From an uncultured delta proteobacterium (lineage in GTDB: Bacteria; Desulfobacterota; Desulfobacteria; Desulfobacterales; SG8-13): a stretch of DNA of 64,000 nt. The DNA lies in assembly GCA_963779885.1 (NCBI GenBank), contig CAWAAN010000024.1, forward strand, positions 78,277 through 142,276. The letters run 5' to 3'. The translations under genes and the position numbers were made by a program. Below are positions 46,094 to 54,382 of the stretch, in pieces (the first letter of the stretch is position 1; each line of letters begins with the position of its first letter). The notes below the pieces were generated by a model. It was not told the origin of the DNA. It searched no databases and worked only from the letters and a program-made list of their open reading frames with translations.

Positions 46094-46393
46094 ATGAAAG
46101 TTTTCAAGACAGCGGTTTGCACGGTGATGGTGGCGTTATTTCTGTTTGCCGGCACGTTAATCCCGGCAAACCAGGTGATGGCCAGTGACAAGGAAGCCAA
46201 ACAGGTCGAAATTTTCGGCACGGTTCAGAATTCCCCCAACGGTTTTATCATCATGTCCGAAGGCAAGCAATATCGATTAGAAGGGCAGGACCTTTCCAGC
46301 ATGAAAGGCAAAATGGTAACCATCAAGGGAACCGTCACCGAGGAAGGCGGCAAACACGTCTTGCATGTCACCTCGGCCGCCAAGAAGGAATAA
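46094..46393 (+). CDS. small secreted protein (hypothetical)
   Basis: 99 aa with AGGAGG upstream. A signal peptide (MKVFKTAVCTVMVALFLFAGTLIPANQVMA) is followed by a beta-rich, Lys/Gly-rich mature part. Confidence 0.6.
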   Translation: MKVFKTAVCTVMVALFLFAGTLIPANQVMASDKEAKQVEIFGTVQNSPNGFIIMSEGKQYRLEGQDLSSMKGKMVTIKGTVTEEGGKHVLHVTSAAKKE

Positions 46394-46432
46394 GTCGAAA
46401 AGGGATTTTTTTAACCCTGAATCGATGAGAGA

Positions 46433-46472
46433 CCGAAGAAGGCCGGCCCGCCAGCCGGCCTTCTTCGGTTTG
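46433..46472 (+). terminator. intrinsic terminator hairpin
   Basis: A perfect 14-bp stem CCGAAGAAGGCCGG/CCGGCCTTCTTCGG with an 8-nt loop is followed by TTTG. The U-tract is short. Confidence 0.6.
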
Positions 46473-46510
46473 AATTATCGATCTTATTTGCGAGATAGTG
46501 CCTTGCCACC

Positions 46511-46588
46511 CATAAATTGTCTAAATGGCCGCCACCCGAAACCTCGAAATGCTTTCATCCGCCAACCCCAAACCGTGAACCCTGAACC
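46511..46588 (+). repeat. 78-bp dispersed intergenic repeat, copy 2
   Basis: CATAAATTGTCTAAATGGCCGCCACCCGAAA...TCATCCGCCAACCCCAAACCGTGAACCCTGAACC, followed by an extra GTGAACCC unit. It lies just 3' of the minus-strand gene ending at 46657. Confidence 0.7.
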
Positions 46589-46656
46589 GTGAACCCTTTC
46601 CGTGCCTGCTCTTGCCTCGCTCAAGGCCGCTGCGACACGTCAAAGATGACACGGCG

Positions 46657-48909
46657 CTAGATCAAAGACTTGCAGTAAACCACCTTGCCGTCACCCGGCG
46701 CGTAAAAATCCGCCAGCACACTCTCCAGGCGATAGCCGACGCTTTCGTAAAACGCCCGCGTACTCGCGTATTGCACCCGCTGGGAGGTTTCGACGTAAAT
46801 GCGCGTCCCGCCGCGCTGCCGTATCAGGCGCTCGGCCTCCTTTAGAATCCTGCGCCCCAACCCTTTGCCCTGATAATCCGGATGGACCGCTATCCAGTAA
46901 ACATCGTAGCTCGACACCGTGCAGGCAATCGGCCCATAGCAGGCGTAGCCGGCCAGGCGTCCGTAGTGCTCGGCCATGACATAGTGGTATCCGCTGGCCT
47001 CCCCCTTGACCAGGCGTTCGTCGACAAGCTCGACCGCCACCTTTACTTCGTCGGTGGTGAAAAAACCGGTGATGTCCGTTAAGCGAGAGATCCTTTCGGG
47101 ATCCTGAGGCTGCAGCTCATAGCGAAAGACGATGCCGTGCAGCCGGATCTTGGGCTCCGGGCGCCGGCCGACCGCTTTCATGTGCGCCTCCGCCAGACCC
47201 TTGAAGAAATGGCGGGCGTTCTGCCCGAGGGTCCGGGTGCGGTAGCCGCCTTCCTGAACCACCACCGTCGGCACGGCCATCGCGCCGATCAGGCGTCCGT
47301 TTTCCTCGAAATCTTTGGCCATCAACGACCAGGAGCCGGTCGGATCGCCCTTGGCGGTATCCAGGCCCAGGGCCACCACCATAAATTGAGGGCCGTATTC
47401 TTCTATTCTCTGAAGCGCCTTGACCAGCGCGCGGCGGTATTTTTCACCGTCCAGATGCTCCTGCAGCGGAAAGTTCAGGTTGAACCCCTCGCCCTCACCG
47501 TCGCCGCGTTCGTCTTCGAAACCACTGAAATAGGGGTAGGCAAACCGGGGGCTGCCGTGGATCGAAACGGTCAGCACATCTGACCGGCGGTAGAAAATAT
47601 CCTGTTGACCGTTGCCGTGGTGATAGTCGATGTCGAGGATGGCGACTTTTCCGTAGGCGCAAAGGTACTGGGCCGCGATGGCGTTGTTGTTAAAATAGCA
47701 GAAGCCGCCGAAGGCCCGGCGTTCGGCGTGATGGCCCGGCGGTCGCACCAGGGCGTAGGCCATGCGCCGGCCGTCCAGGATTTCACGGGCGGCGGTCAGC
47801 GCGCAGTCCACCCCGCGCCGCGCCGCCGGATACGCATTGCGGTTGATGGGGGTGAAAGTGTCGATGCAGTAGTAGCCTGACAGGACCGACGGCTCTTTCG
47901 GGGGGCGGGTCTTGTTGCGAACCGGAAACACGTACGGATAGAGGGATTTGCCCTCGGGCACATCCTCGGAGGCGTGATGGAGATAGCTGACGAAATCGGC
48001 ATCGTGAACGGCGTGGATGGTTTTGTCCGGAAACGGCCGTGGTTTGAGCCGGGCAAACAAACCGCTCTTGTCGAGTTCCGTCAGGATGCTGCGCACCCTG
48101 ACGGGTGACTCCACGTATCCGCGCTCGTGCACGTGATGGATGTGGTGACGGTCATTGACGATCAGGGCGATCTGCTCGATGGAGCGGTCATCGACCGTCG
48201 TCTTCGCGGCCTGCGGTTTGACATACCGGAACTCGCGCAGAGCCACCGGATCTTCCCGAAAAGAGGCCACCACCTTCTCGACATATTCGGCCGGGCAATA
48301 CCCGCTGTACTTTCTTTCCAGGATGGCCCGCACCACTTTGCGCGCCAATGCGCGGCGCAACGGGTTGACGGCATCCAGGGCATCGTAGACCAGATGGGGC
48401 ATACAGCTGTCGCCCGGATTGACGGGCAGCTCGTAGCCGGTGTGAACGATCGGCCGGGCGCCATAGCGCTCGTAAAATCGCAGGCGCGCCCGGTTTTCCT
48501 TCAGCAGGGTTTCATCGGGGCAGTTGTCGGCGTCGTCCGGCAGACACTCGAAAAAAAGCCCGCCGGCGCCCAGGGCGACCGATTCCCGGCGCACCCGGTC
48601 ATACAGGGCGCCGCCCAATCCACCGCCGGTTTTGCCGCTAACCGTGGCGATCCAGTCCAGATAACAGAAGCCGATTTCGGGCTCGTGCAACAGCATGGCA
48701 AAGCCCTTGACACGGCTGCGCAGCGTCTTGGCCACAAAGAGGATGGGACGAAACCGCTGTTTGAACGGGTTGCGCAGCTTGGCGCCGATCTGCTCGATTT
48801 CCTCTTCGGGGACTTGGCTGAAGCGGTCGCGCAGGATGGCCTTGACCTGTTCCAGGGTCTCCTTGTTGACCGGCAGGACGTCATCGAAAATGCGGCGAAT
48901 GCGCAACAT
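46657..48909 (-). CDS. tri-domain GNAT / histone-deacetylase-family amidohydrolase / GNAT fusion protein
   Basis: Trimmed to ATG 48909 (AAGGAG upstream); 750 aa. The N-terminal part is GNAT-like (GKTGGGLGGALYDRV). The central part is HDAC/acetylpolyamine-amidohydrolase-like (RPPGHHAERR, GFCYFNN, LDIDYHHGNGQQDIF). The C-terminal GNAT has IAVHPDYQGKGLGRRIL. Confidence 0.85.
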   Translation of the reverse strand: MLRIRRIFDDVLPVNKETLEQVKAILRDRFSQVPEEEIEQIGAKLRNPFKQRFRPILFVAKTLRSRVKGFAMLLHEPEIGFCYLDWIATVSGKTGGGLGGALYDRVRRESVALGAGGLFFECLPDDADNCPDETLLKENRARLRFYERYGARPIVHTGYELPVNPGDSCMPHLVYDALDAVNPLRRALARKVVRAILERKYSGYCPAEYVEKVVASFREDPVALREFRYVKPQAAKTTVDDRSIEQIALIVNDRHHIHHVHERGYVESPVRVRSILTELDKSGLFARLKPRPFPDKTIHAVHDADFVSYLHHASEDVPEGKSLYPYVFPVRNKTRPPKEPSVLSGYYCIDTFTPINRNAYPAARRGVDCALTAAREILDGRRMAYALVRPPGHHAERRAFGGFCYFNNNAIAAQYLCAYGKVAILDIDYHHGNGQQDIFYRRSDVLTVSIHGSPRFAYPYFSGFEDERGDGEGEGFNLNFPLQEHLDGEKYRRALVKALQRIEEYGPQFMVVALGLDTAKGDPTGSWSLMAKDFEENGRLIGAMAVPTVVVQEGGYRTRTLGQNARHFFKGLAEAHMKAVGRRPEPKIRLHGIVFRYELQPQDPERISRLTDITGFFTTDEVKVAVELVDERLVKGEASGYHYVMAEHYGRLAGYACYGPIACTVSSYDVYWIAVHPDYQGKGLGRRILKEAERLIRQRGGTRIYVETSQRVQYASTRAFYESVGYRLESVLADFYAPGDGKVVYCKSLI

Positions 48910-48914
48910 CGTGG

Positions 48915-49973
48915 TCAAGCTCCTTGGTGGCGGGTGCCCGGCGCGCCCTGCCGTCGGCCGCATCCGAGCGCATCTTCCAAAATTTGTTGAACGGCCTCCG
49001 AAAAGGATAACCCGGCTTCTTTTAGAGCGGCAGCGAAACCGGCATCGGGCGACAGACACGGGTTGGTGTTGACTTCCAAAATCCAGGGGGCGCCCTGCGG
49101 ATCTACTCGAAAATCGACGCGCGCGTAGCCGCCGAGCCCGAAGATACGCCAGCACTCGAGGGCATCGGCCTTCAGGCGGCGCAGCAGCCCGTCATCGGCG
49201 GCTGGAAAATCAAATCGTCGCGGGGTGTGGTGGTATTCGTAGGAATCCGGCGCCCATTTGGCCCGGTATCCGACAATCCGCGGTTTGTGGTCGTCGTAGC
49301 CCTCGAAGATTATCTCGGCCGGCGGCAGGACCAGGGGCCCGCTCGCACAGGCCAGCACAGCCAGGTTGAACTCGCGACCGTCTACATAACCTTCCGCGAA
49401 GCAGGATCCGCCGAGGCGCGGGGCGCGGTCGCGCAGGACCGCTTCGATCTGCTCTTGGCTGAGATCGGCGATGAGCGCATCTTCTTCCATACCAAACGAG
49501 GCGTGCTCCCAGACCGATTTGACGATCCAGCGATCGCCAGGCGTGTTGGCGGGGCGCGGGGCCGCGGCGGGCAGCAGCGACAGCGGCTCTGCCGGATACG
49601 GTCCCCGCCAGGCCGGCGTGCGCAGGCCGAAGGCCACCAAAAGCTCCTTGGCCATGATCTTGTGGGTGGTCAGCTGCAGCGTCACCGCCGGTGAACCGGT
49701 GTAGGGCAGCGCCATTGCCTCCAGCAGTGCGGGAAACAGGTGGGCCAGGCGCCCGTGGTCTTCGAGCGCCTCCACCAGGTTGAAAACGAGATCCGGCTGC
49801 ACCCGGTCCAGCCGATCCCGGGCGCCTGCCAGGTCAAGGGAGCAGGGGACGGTGAGCGCCTCGTGCCCGAGCACGGCCAGCGCTTTTTCGACGGCGTCCG
49901 CCTGCGCCAGCACGTCTATCGCATCGGGGGCGCTGTCCCGGGTCACGGCGTTGTGCACGACGGCCACGCGCAT
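48915..49973 (-). CDS. D-alanine--D-alanine-ligase-like ATP-grasp enzyme (paralog 2)
   Basis: 352 aa. MRVAVVHN, then the ATP-grasp C-domain EGYVDGREFNLAVL and GGYARVDFRVDPQGAPWILEVNTNPCL. It ends 5 nt before the next start. Confidence 0.85.
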   Translation of the reverse strand: MRVAVVHNAVTRDSAPDAIDVLAQADAVEKALAVLGHEALTVPCSLDLAGARDRLDRVQPDLVFNLVEALEDHGRLAHLFPALLEAMALPYTGSPAVTLQLTTHKIMAKELLVAFGLRTPAWRGPYPAEPLSLLPAAAPRPANTPGDRWIVKSVWEHASFGMEEDALIADLSQEQIEAVLRDRAPRLGGSCFAEGYVDGREFNLAVLACASGPLVLPPAEIIFEGYDDHKPRIVGYRAKWAPDSYEYHHTPRRFDFPAADDGLLRRLKADALECWRIFGLGGYARVDFRVDPQGAPWILEVNTNPCLSPDAGFAAALKEAGLSFSEAVQQILEDALGCGRRQGAPGTRHQGA

Positions 49974-49974
49974 G

Positions 49975-50988
49975 TCAGGTAACGGCTCCTTTGCAGTCGG
50001 CCGCCGGGCCGACCCGCCGGGCCGCGGACGCCACGATGTCCCGGATCAGGTCCTCGTAGGGCATCCCGATGTGGCTGCAGATGATCGGCAGGTCCGAATG
50101 GAAGGGGTGCAAACCGGCCAGGGGATTGACCTCCATGAAATGCGGCCGGCCGTTTTCATCGCAGCGCAGATCGATCCGGCCGGCATCCCGGCAATCGAGC
50201 ACTCGCCAGGCCCGCAGCGCGACCTCTTCGGCCTCTTTCACCGGCCAATCGTCCTCCGGGCGGCCGAGCCGGTATTCGACCAGCTCTTCGCAGCGTTCCT
50301 TGTTGACATAGGAGTAGACCTCGGGTTCGGCCGCCGCCAGCAGGTGCACTTCGATGGTACCGAGCACCCGGGCCCGCCCGCCGGTTCCCACGATGCCGAC
50401 GGTAAACTCCCTGCCCGGCAGATAGCGCTCGACCAGAACGGGCTGGTGAAAGGCGGCGATCAGAGACTCGCAGGCGGCGGCCAGATCTTTCGGCCGCCGT
50501 ACGATCGATTGCGGCGTAATCCCCTTGCCGGTGCCTTCCGCCACCGGTTTGACAAAGTACGGCAGGGGAAAGGGAATCGGCCCGGGAGCCTCACCCGATC
50601 GCACCACCGCAAAATCAGGCGTGGGGATGCCGGCATCGCGCACCACCCGCTTGGTCACCGCCTTGTGCAGGGTCAGGGCCATAACCAGGGGATCCGAAAA
50701 AGTGTAGGGAATACCGTAGACATCCAGCGCCGAGGGGACCTGCGCTTCCCGACCGATGCCCTTGAGCCCCTCGGCAATATTGAAAACAAGGTCCCAGCGG
50801 TCGCCGAGGGTCAGGCGCCCGAACAGGCTGCGGACACTGCCGATGCGATCGGTGGCATGCCCCAGTCCCTGGAGGGCTTTTTCGATCGCCTCCACGGTGT
50901 CGTCACGGTCGAACTCGGCGGTTTCCTCTTCACCGAATCCGGCCGCCAAGTATTCCGAACGCAGGTCATACGTCAGACCGATTTTCAT
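49975..50988 (-). CDS. D-alanine--D-alanine-ligase-like ATP-grasp enzyme (paralog 1)
   Basis: 337 aa with MKIGLTYDLRSEYL, FVKPVAEGTGKGI, ERYLPGREFTVGIV and DAGRIDLRCDENGRPHFMEVNPLAGL. There is a 1-nt gap to the next gene. Confidence 0.85.
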   Translation of the reverse strand: MKIGLTYDLRSEYLAAGFGEEETAEFDRDDTVEAIEKALQGLGHATDRIGSVRSLFGRLTLGDRWDLVFNIAEGLKGIGREAQVPSALDVYGIPYTFSDPLVMALTLHKAVTKRVVRDAGIPTPDFAVVRSGEAPGPIPFPLPYFVKPVAEGTGKGITPQSIVRRPKDLAAACESLIAAFHQPVLVERYLPGREFTVGIVGTGGRARVLGTIEVHLLAAAEPEVYSYVNKERCEELVEYRLGRPEDDWPVKEAEEVALRAWRVLDCRDAGRIDLRCDENGRPHFMEVNPLAGLHPFHSDLPIICSHIGMPYEDLIRDIVASAARRVGPAADCKGAVT

Positions 50989-51052
50989 GGCATGATCCTT
51001 CGAAAAGTTCTCCGGCGGATGCTCACCCCTACCTCACCGGCGAAACCTGGGC

Positions 51053-51105
51053 AAGCAAAAACCCGAGCCGGGTTTCGAAAACCGTTTCCGTTTCCGAAAC
51101 CCGGC
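51053..51105 (-). terminator. intra-operon hairpin (possible attenuator or partial terminator)
   Basis: A perfect 11-bp stem GCCGGGTTTCG/CGAAACCCGGC (51067-51077 with 51095-51105) has a 17-nt loop. On the minus strand it is followed by TCGGGTTTTTGC. Confidence 0.4.
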
Positions 51106-51152
51106 AACTTCAGCGGGCAAAGAAATATAATCTATGGAGAGGCTTCCGGCAG

Positions 51153-52502
51153 TCAGACTGAAGCGCCGGGGTCGATATCCGCGCCCCGACCATCGGGATA
51201 GCGGTACAGCCGATTTTCGTAGTTGCGCAGCAGCAGATCGGATCCCTGCCGGCCGGCCATGTAATCGGGCATCAGCGGGACCTTGCCGCCGCCGCCGGGG
51301 GCATCCACGACATAGGTCGGCACGGCGTATCCGCTGGTAAACCCCCGCATGCCCCGGATGATCTCCAGGCCTTGGGCGATCGAGGTCCGGAAATGGCCCG
51401 AACCGGTTATCGGGTCACACTGGTAGAGATAGTACGGCCGCACCCGCATCCGCAGCAAGCCGTGAGACAGGGCGGTCATCGTCGCCACCGAATCGTTCAC
51501 ACCTTTGAGCAAAACCGTTTGCGAGCCCAGCGGTATGCCGGCATCGGCCAGCATGCCACAGGCGCGGGTGGTCTCCGGCGTGCACTCATCCGGATGGGTG
51601 AAATGCAGGCTCATCCACAGGGGGTGATACTTGCGCAGCATCCGCACCAATCGCCCGGTGACCCGTTGCGGCAGGACGGCCGGGATCTTGGTCCCGATCC
51701 GTACGACCTCCACGTGGGGTATCCGCCGCAGACGCGCCAGAATCCACTCCAGCCGGTCGTCGCTGAGGGTCAGCGGGTCACCGCCGGACAGCAGCACGTC
51801 GCGCACGGACGGCGTCGCACGGATATACTCGATCGCCTGTTCGAGACGCGAGCGGCTCGGCAAAATGGCGCCGTGCCCGACCACCCGGGACCGCGTGCAG
51901 TAGCGGCAATACGTGGAACAGAAATCGTGCACCAGCAGAAGAACCCGGTCGGGGTACCGATGGACGAGGCCCGGCACCGGACTCTGGTTTTCTTCTCCGA
52001 GCGGATCGTCCGCCTCTCCGGACGCGCTGACAAACTCGTTTGTCGTCGGCACGACCGTGCGCCGCAAAGGCTGGTCGGCGTCATCAGCGGACAGCAGGCT
52101 CATGTAATACGGCGTTATGCCCATCGGCAGCCTGGGACCGGACTGCTCGCCGACGGCTTTTTCCACAGCGGAGAGATTCAGCAGCGACTGAAGCTGCCCG
52201 TAGTGCCGGATCCGGTTGCGGATCTGCCATTGCCAATCATTCCAGGATTTGTCGGGTATGCCGGGGAAAAACTTGCGCCGGAAGGCGCGCGTGGTGACAG
52301 ACGTGCGGGCGACACGCTCGGGGGGGAATCTAAGGACGACGGCCGCGTCATTGCAGCGAGAGGATCGCCGAAGTTTGCAGCTGGCAGTCGGCTCGGAAGC
52401 CGCTGCCTGTCTACCCGGAGGCTCTTCGTCTTCCCTCCCCTGCAAGGCGTCCTGGGGGCCGTTGGCAACGGTCGGTTGAAAAATTGACGGGTTTGGATGC
52501 AT
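51153..52502 (-). CDS. kamA: lysine 2,3-aminomutase-family radical SAM enzyme (KamA/AblA-like)
   Basis: Trimmed to ATG 52502 (GGAG 8 nt upstream). Motifs WNDWQWQIRNRI, ITPYY, PVPGLVHRYPDRVLL, CSTYCRYCTR, SGGDPL, YYLYQCD and VVDAPGGGGK are present. Confidence 0.9.
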   Translation of the reverse strand: MHPNPSIFQPTVANGPQDALQGREDEEPPGRQAAASEPTASCKLRRSSRCNDAAVVLRFPPERVARTSVTTRAFRRKFFPGIPDKSWNDWQWQIRNRIRHYGQLQSLLNLSAVEKAVGEQSGPRLPMGITPYYMSLLSADDADQPLRRTVVPTTNEFVSASGEADDPLGEENQSPVPGLVHRYPDRVLLLVHDFCSTYCRYCTRSRVVGHGAILPSRSRLEQAIEYIRATPSVRDVLLSGGDPLTLSDDRLEWILARLRRIPHVEVVRIGTKIPAVLPQRVTGRLVRMLRKYHPLWMSLHFTHPDECTPETTRACGMLADAGIPLGSQTVLLKGVNDSVATMTALSHGLLRMRVRPYYLYQCDPITGSGHFRTSIAQGLEIIRGMRGFTSGYAVPTYVVDAPGGGGKVPLMPDYMAGRQGSDLLLRNYENRLYRYPDGRGADIDPGASV

Positions 52503-52602
52503 TACCGGTTCTCCTTTTCTTTTGGGCTCGAAGTCGACCCTGAAGAGTGTCATCCTAACTGCCGGACGCCAGCCGGTCAGTCCGGTTTTTGCCCTTCGCT
52601 TA

Positions 52603-52617
52603 GCAAAAAGAGTGCCA
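52603..52617 (-). promoter_or_regulatory. sigma-54 (-24/-12) promoter candidate for the aminomutase operon
   Basis: The minus strand reads TGGCACtctttTTGCT, an exact match to TGGCAC-N5-TTGCW. It lies ~100 nt upstream of ATG 52502. Confidence 0.65.
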
Positions 52618-53131
52618 AATAAATCGAACGCCTGAAAAAAATAACCGGCGCCACATGCACACCGCTGAAAGTCGCCAGCCCTTGATTTCAGACGGTTCGG
52701 CCGCATCGTCCAACCGCATGCAGGCAGGCGGTCCCGTGGACGCACCACCGGCCGGGTGATAGTGAAGAACTCACGGTTCCTTTTTTGTCCTCTAAGGGAA
52801 TTATGTGTTCGCGTCGGGCAGCCGGGGAACCCGGCAGCGGATGTCACGAACTCCGCCAGTGACAAACAGGTCCGCCGATTTTATTTATATCTTTATTTTC
52901 AGCAGGTTGAATTTACGGGTTCCAGGACCCGCGGATCGGCCCGTGACCCGCGCGCCGGCCCGACCGGAACATTCAGTTCCACCCGGCTGCCGGCCGGCAA
53001 AAAATCAACCGGGGTGATAACCGGGTGTTACGCGCACGGCACGGTAATTGCTTTTTGAAATGGCTTTAAGCACGCGCGGCGCCCGTCGATCGGCGTCGTC
53101 ATCACCTTCACCAGCAAGGGGAATACGTCAG

Positions 53132-53410
53132 ATGAAACGACATAAAGATACCCTGCAGGAAGTCACACTCATCGGTTTCGTCGATCCACTGGACGACGAT
53201 GATGACAACACCGGCGTCAAGATTTCGACCGATGAGGACGAATATATCGTCGAGATGAACTGGACGGGAAAAAAGCTTTTAAACATGATTGACGAAGAGA
53301 TCGAGGCGACCGGAAATGTGTCGCTCGATTCAAATGGATCGAAAATATTCAGCGTTATCTCCTATGACTATGCGGCGTATGACGAAAACGAAGAAGATGC
53401 CGCCCAGTGA
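53132..53410 (+). CDS. small acidic protein (hypothetical)
   Basis: Trimmed to ATG 53132; 92 aa, Asp/Glu-rich (DPLDDDDDNTG..., YDENEEDAAQ). Confidence 0.45.
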   Translation: MKRHKDTLQEVTLIGFVDPLDDDDDNTGVKISTDEDEYIVEMNWTGKKLLNMIDEEIEATGNVSLDSNGSKIFSVISYDYAAYDENEEDAAQ

Positions 53411-53460
53411 AAAAAACCGGTCGCGGCCAAATCGACATCAGAACGCGGATCCTGGCAGCG

Positions 53461-54123
53461 TCAAAGCAATGATGGGCGCCGCCGCTGGCGCTTGAGACTG
53501 AACCCGACAATGAAGCCGAAAAGGAGAACCCCCGAACCGGCCAGAAACCATTTGATGGCATAACTGCGCTCGAGTTTCGCCACTTGTTCTTCGAGTTGGC
53601 TGGCCTTGCGGGCTTCGGCATCGAGATGGGTCGCCGTTTTCTCGTATTTAGTTTTCATTGCCAGGAACTCACCCGATTCCGATTTGAGCGTTTCGTATTC
53701 GGTGCGGACCTGGTTCAGGCCTTTGTCCGTGGTTGACAGCGCGGTGGACAGTTTCTTGTTTTCGGCCTTGAGCTGCTGGTTTTCCTGGAGCAGGGTGGCA
53801 TTCTGCTCCATCACGCTTTTTTGCTTCTCCTCCAACAGTTCCAGTTTGATTTTGCTGGTCGGCTCAGGCGTCAGGTAACGGGTCAGGACCCACCCGTCTT
53901 TTCCATTGGCCGTGCGCACATGCGCCCACTGGTCATTCATCTGGAGAACCTCGAGGCGTTGACCGGACTGCAGGAAGCTCAATATTTTATGGTCGAGACT
54001 CTGGCCGGTACGCAGGGTTATTTCCACCACATCGTTCACGTACATTGTGGTCGCGTGAACCGGAACGGCGAACAACACCAGGAAAATTCCGCAAAAAACA
54101 AGGCGTTTCATCAGCATCATCAT
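53461..54123 (-). CDS. bacterial SH3-domain protein with coiled coil and C-terminal TM anchor (YgiM/TIGR04211-like)
   Basis: A signal peptide is followed by an SH3-like segment (VEITLRTGQSLDHKILSFLQSGQRLEVLQMNDQWAHVRTANGKDGWV), a long coiled coil, and the anchor WFLAGSGVLLFGFIVGF. The start among the ATG cluster 54111-54141 is uncertain. Confidence 0.75.
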   Translation of the reverse strand: MMMLMKRLVFCGIFLVLFAVPVHATTMYVNDVVEITLRTGQSLDHKILSFLQSGQRLEVLQMNDQWAHVRTANGKDGWVLTRYLTPEPTSKIKLELLEEKQKSVMEQNATLLQENQQLKAENKKLSTALSTTDKGLNQVRTEYETLKSESGEFLAMKTKYEKTATHLDAEARKASQLEEQVAKLERSYAIKWFLAGSGVLLFGFIVGFSLKRQRRRPSLL

Positions 54124-54382
54124 GGTCAATACTTTCCTCATTTGGTTACTGTAGCGTCGATTTTTGGAATCTCGCAGAAGGGAGCCGTCCATTTAATACC
54201 CTTTTATATCGACTTTTGAGCACTTTAGCAATACCTGCAACGGCCCCGCTGCGTGAAAATCCTGAACCGGCACCCGGATGATCGGTGCCGCTTAGCGGCG
54301 ATTCGGCATTGAATGTTGACGGAGTTTTTGCCTATAATGGCCCGCCATGAGATGTGCCTTTCCCCTTTGCCGAGGAGATCCG

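Noticed and set aside
48910-49155. Upstream extension of the listed 832-aa ORF
   Set aside because: It overlaps the end of the ATP-grasp gene out of frame. A good SD precedes ATG 48909, where the GNAT-like sequence starts.
49780-51201. 473-aa ORF antisense to the two ATP-grasp genes
   Set aside because: It spans two real minus-strand genes and their junction, and its composition is Arg/Gly/Pro-rich.
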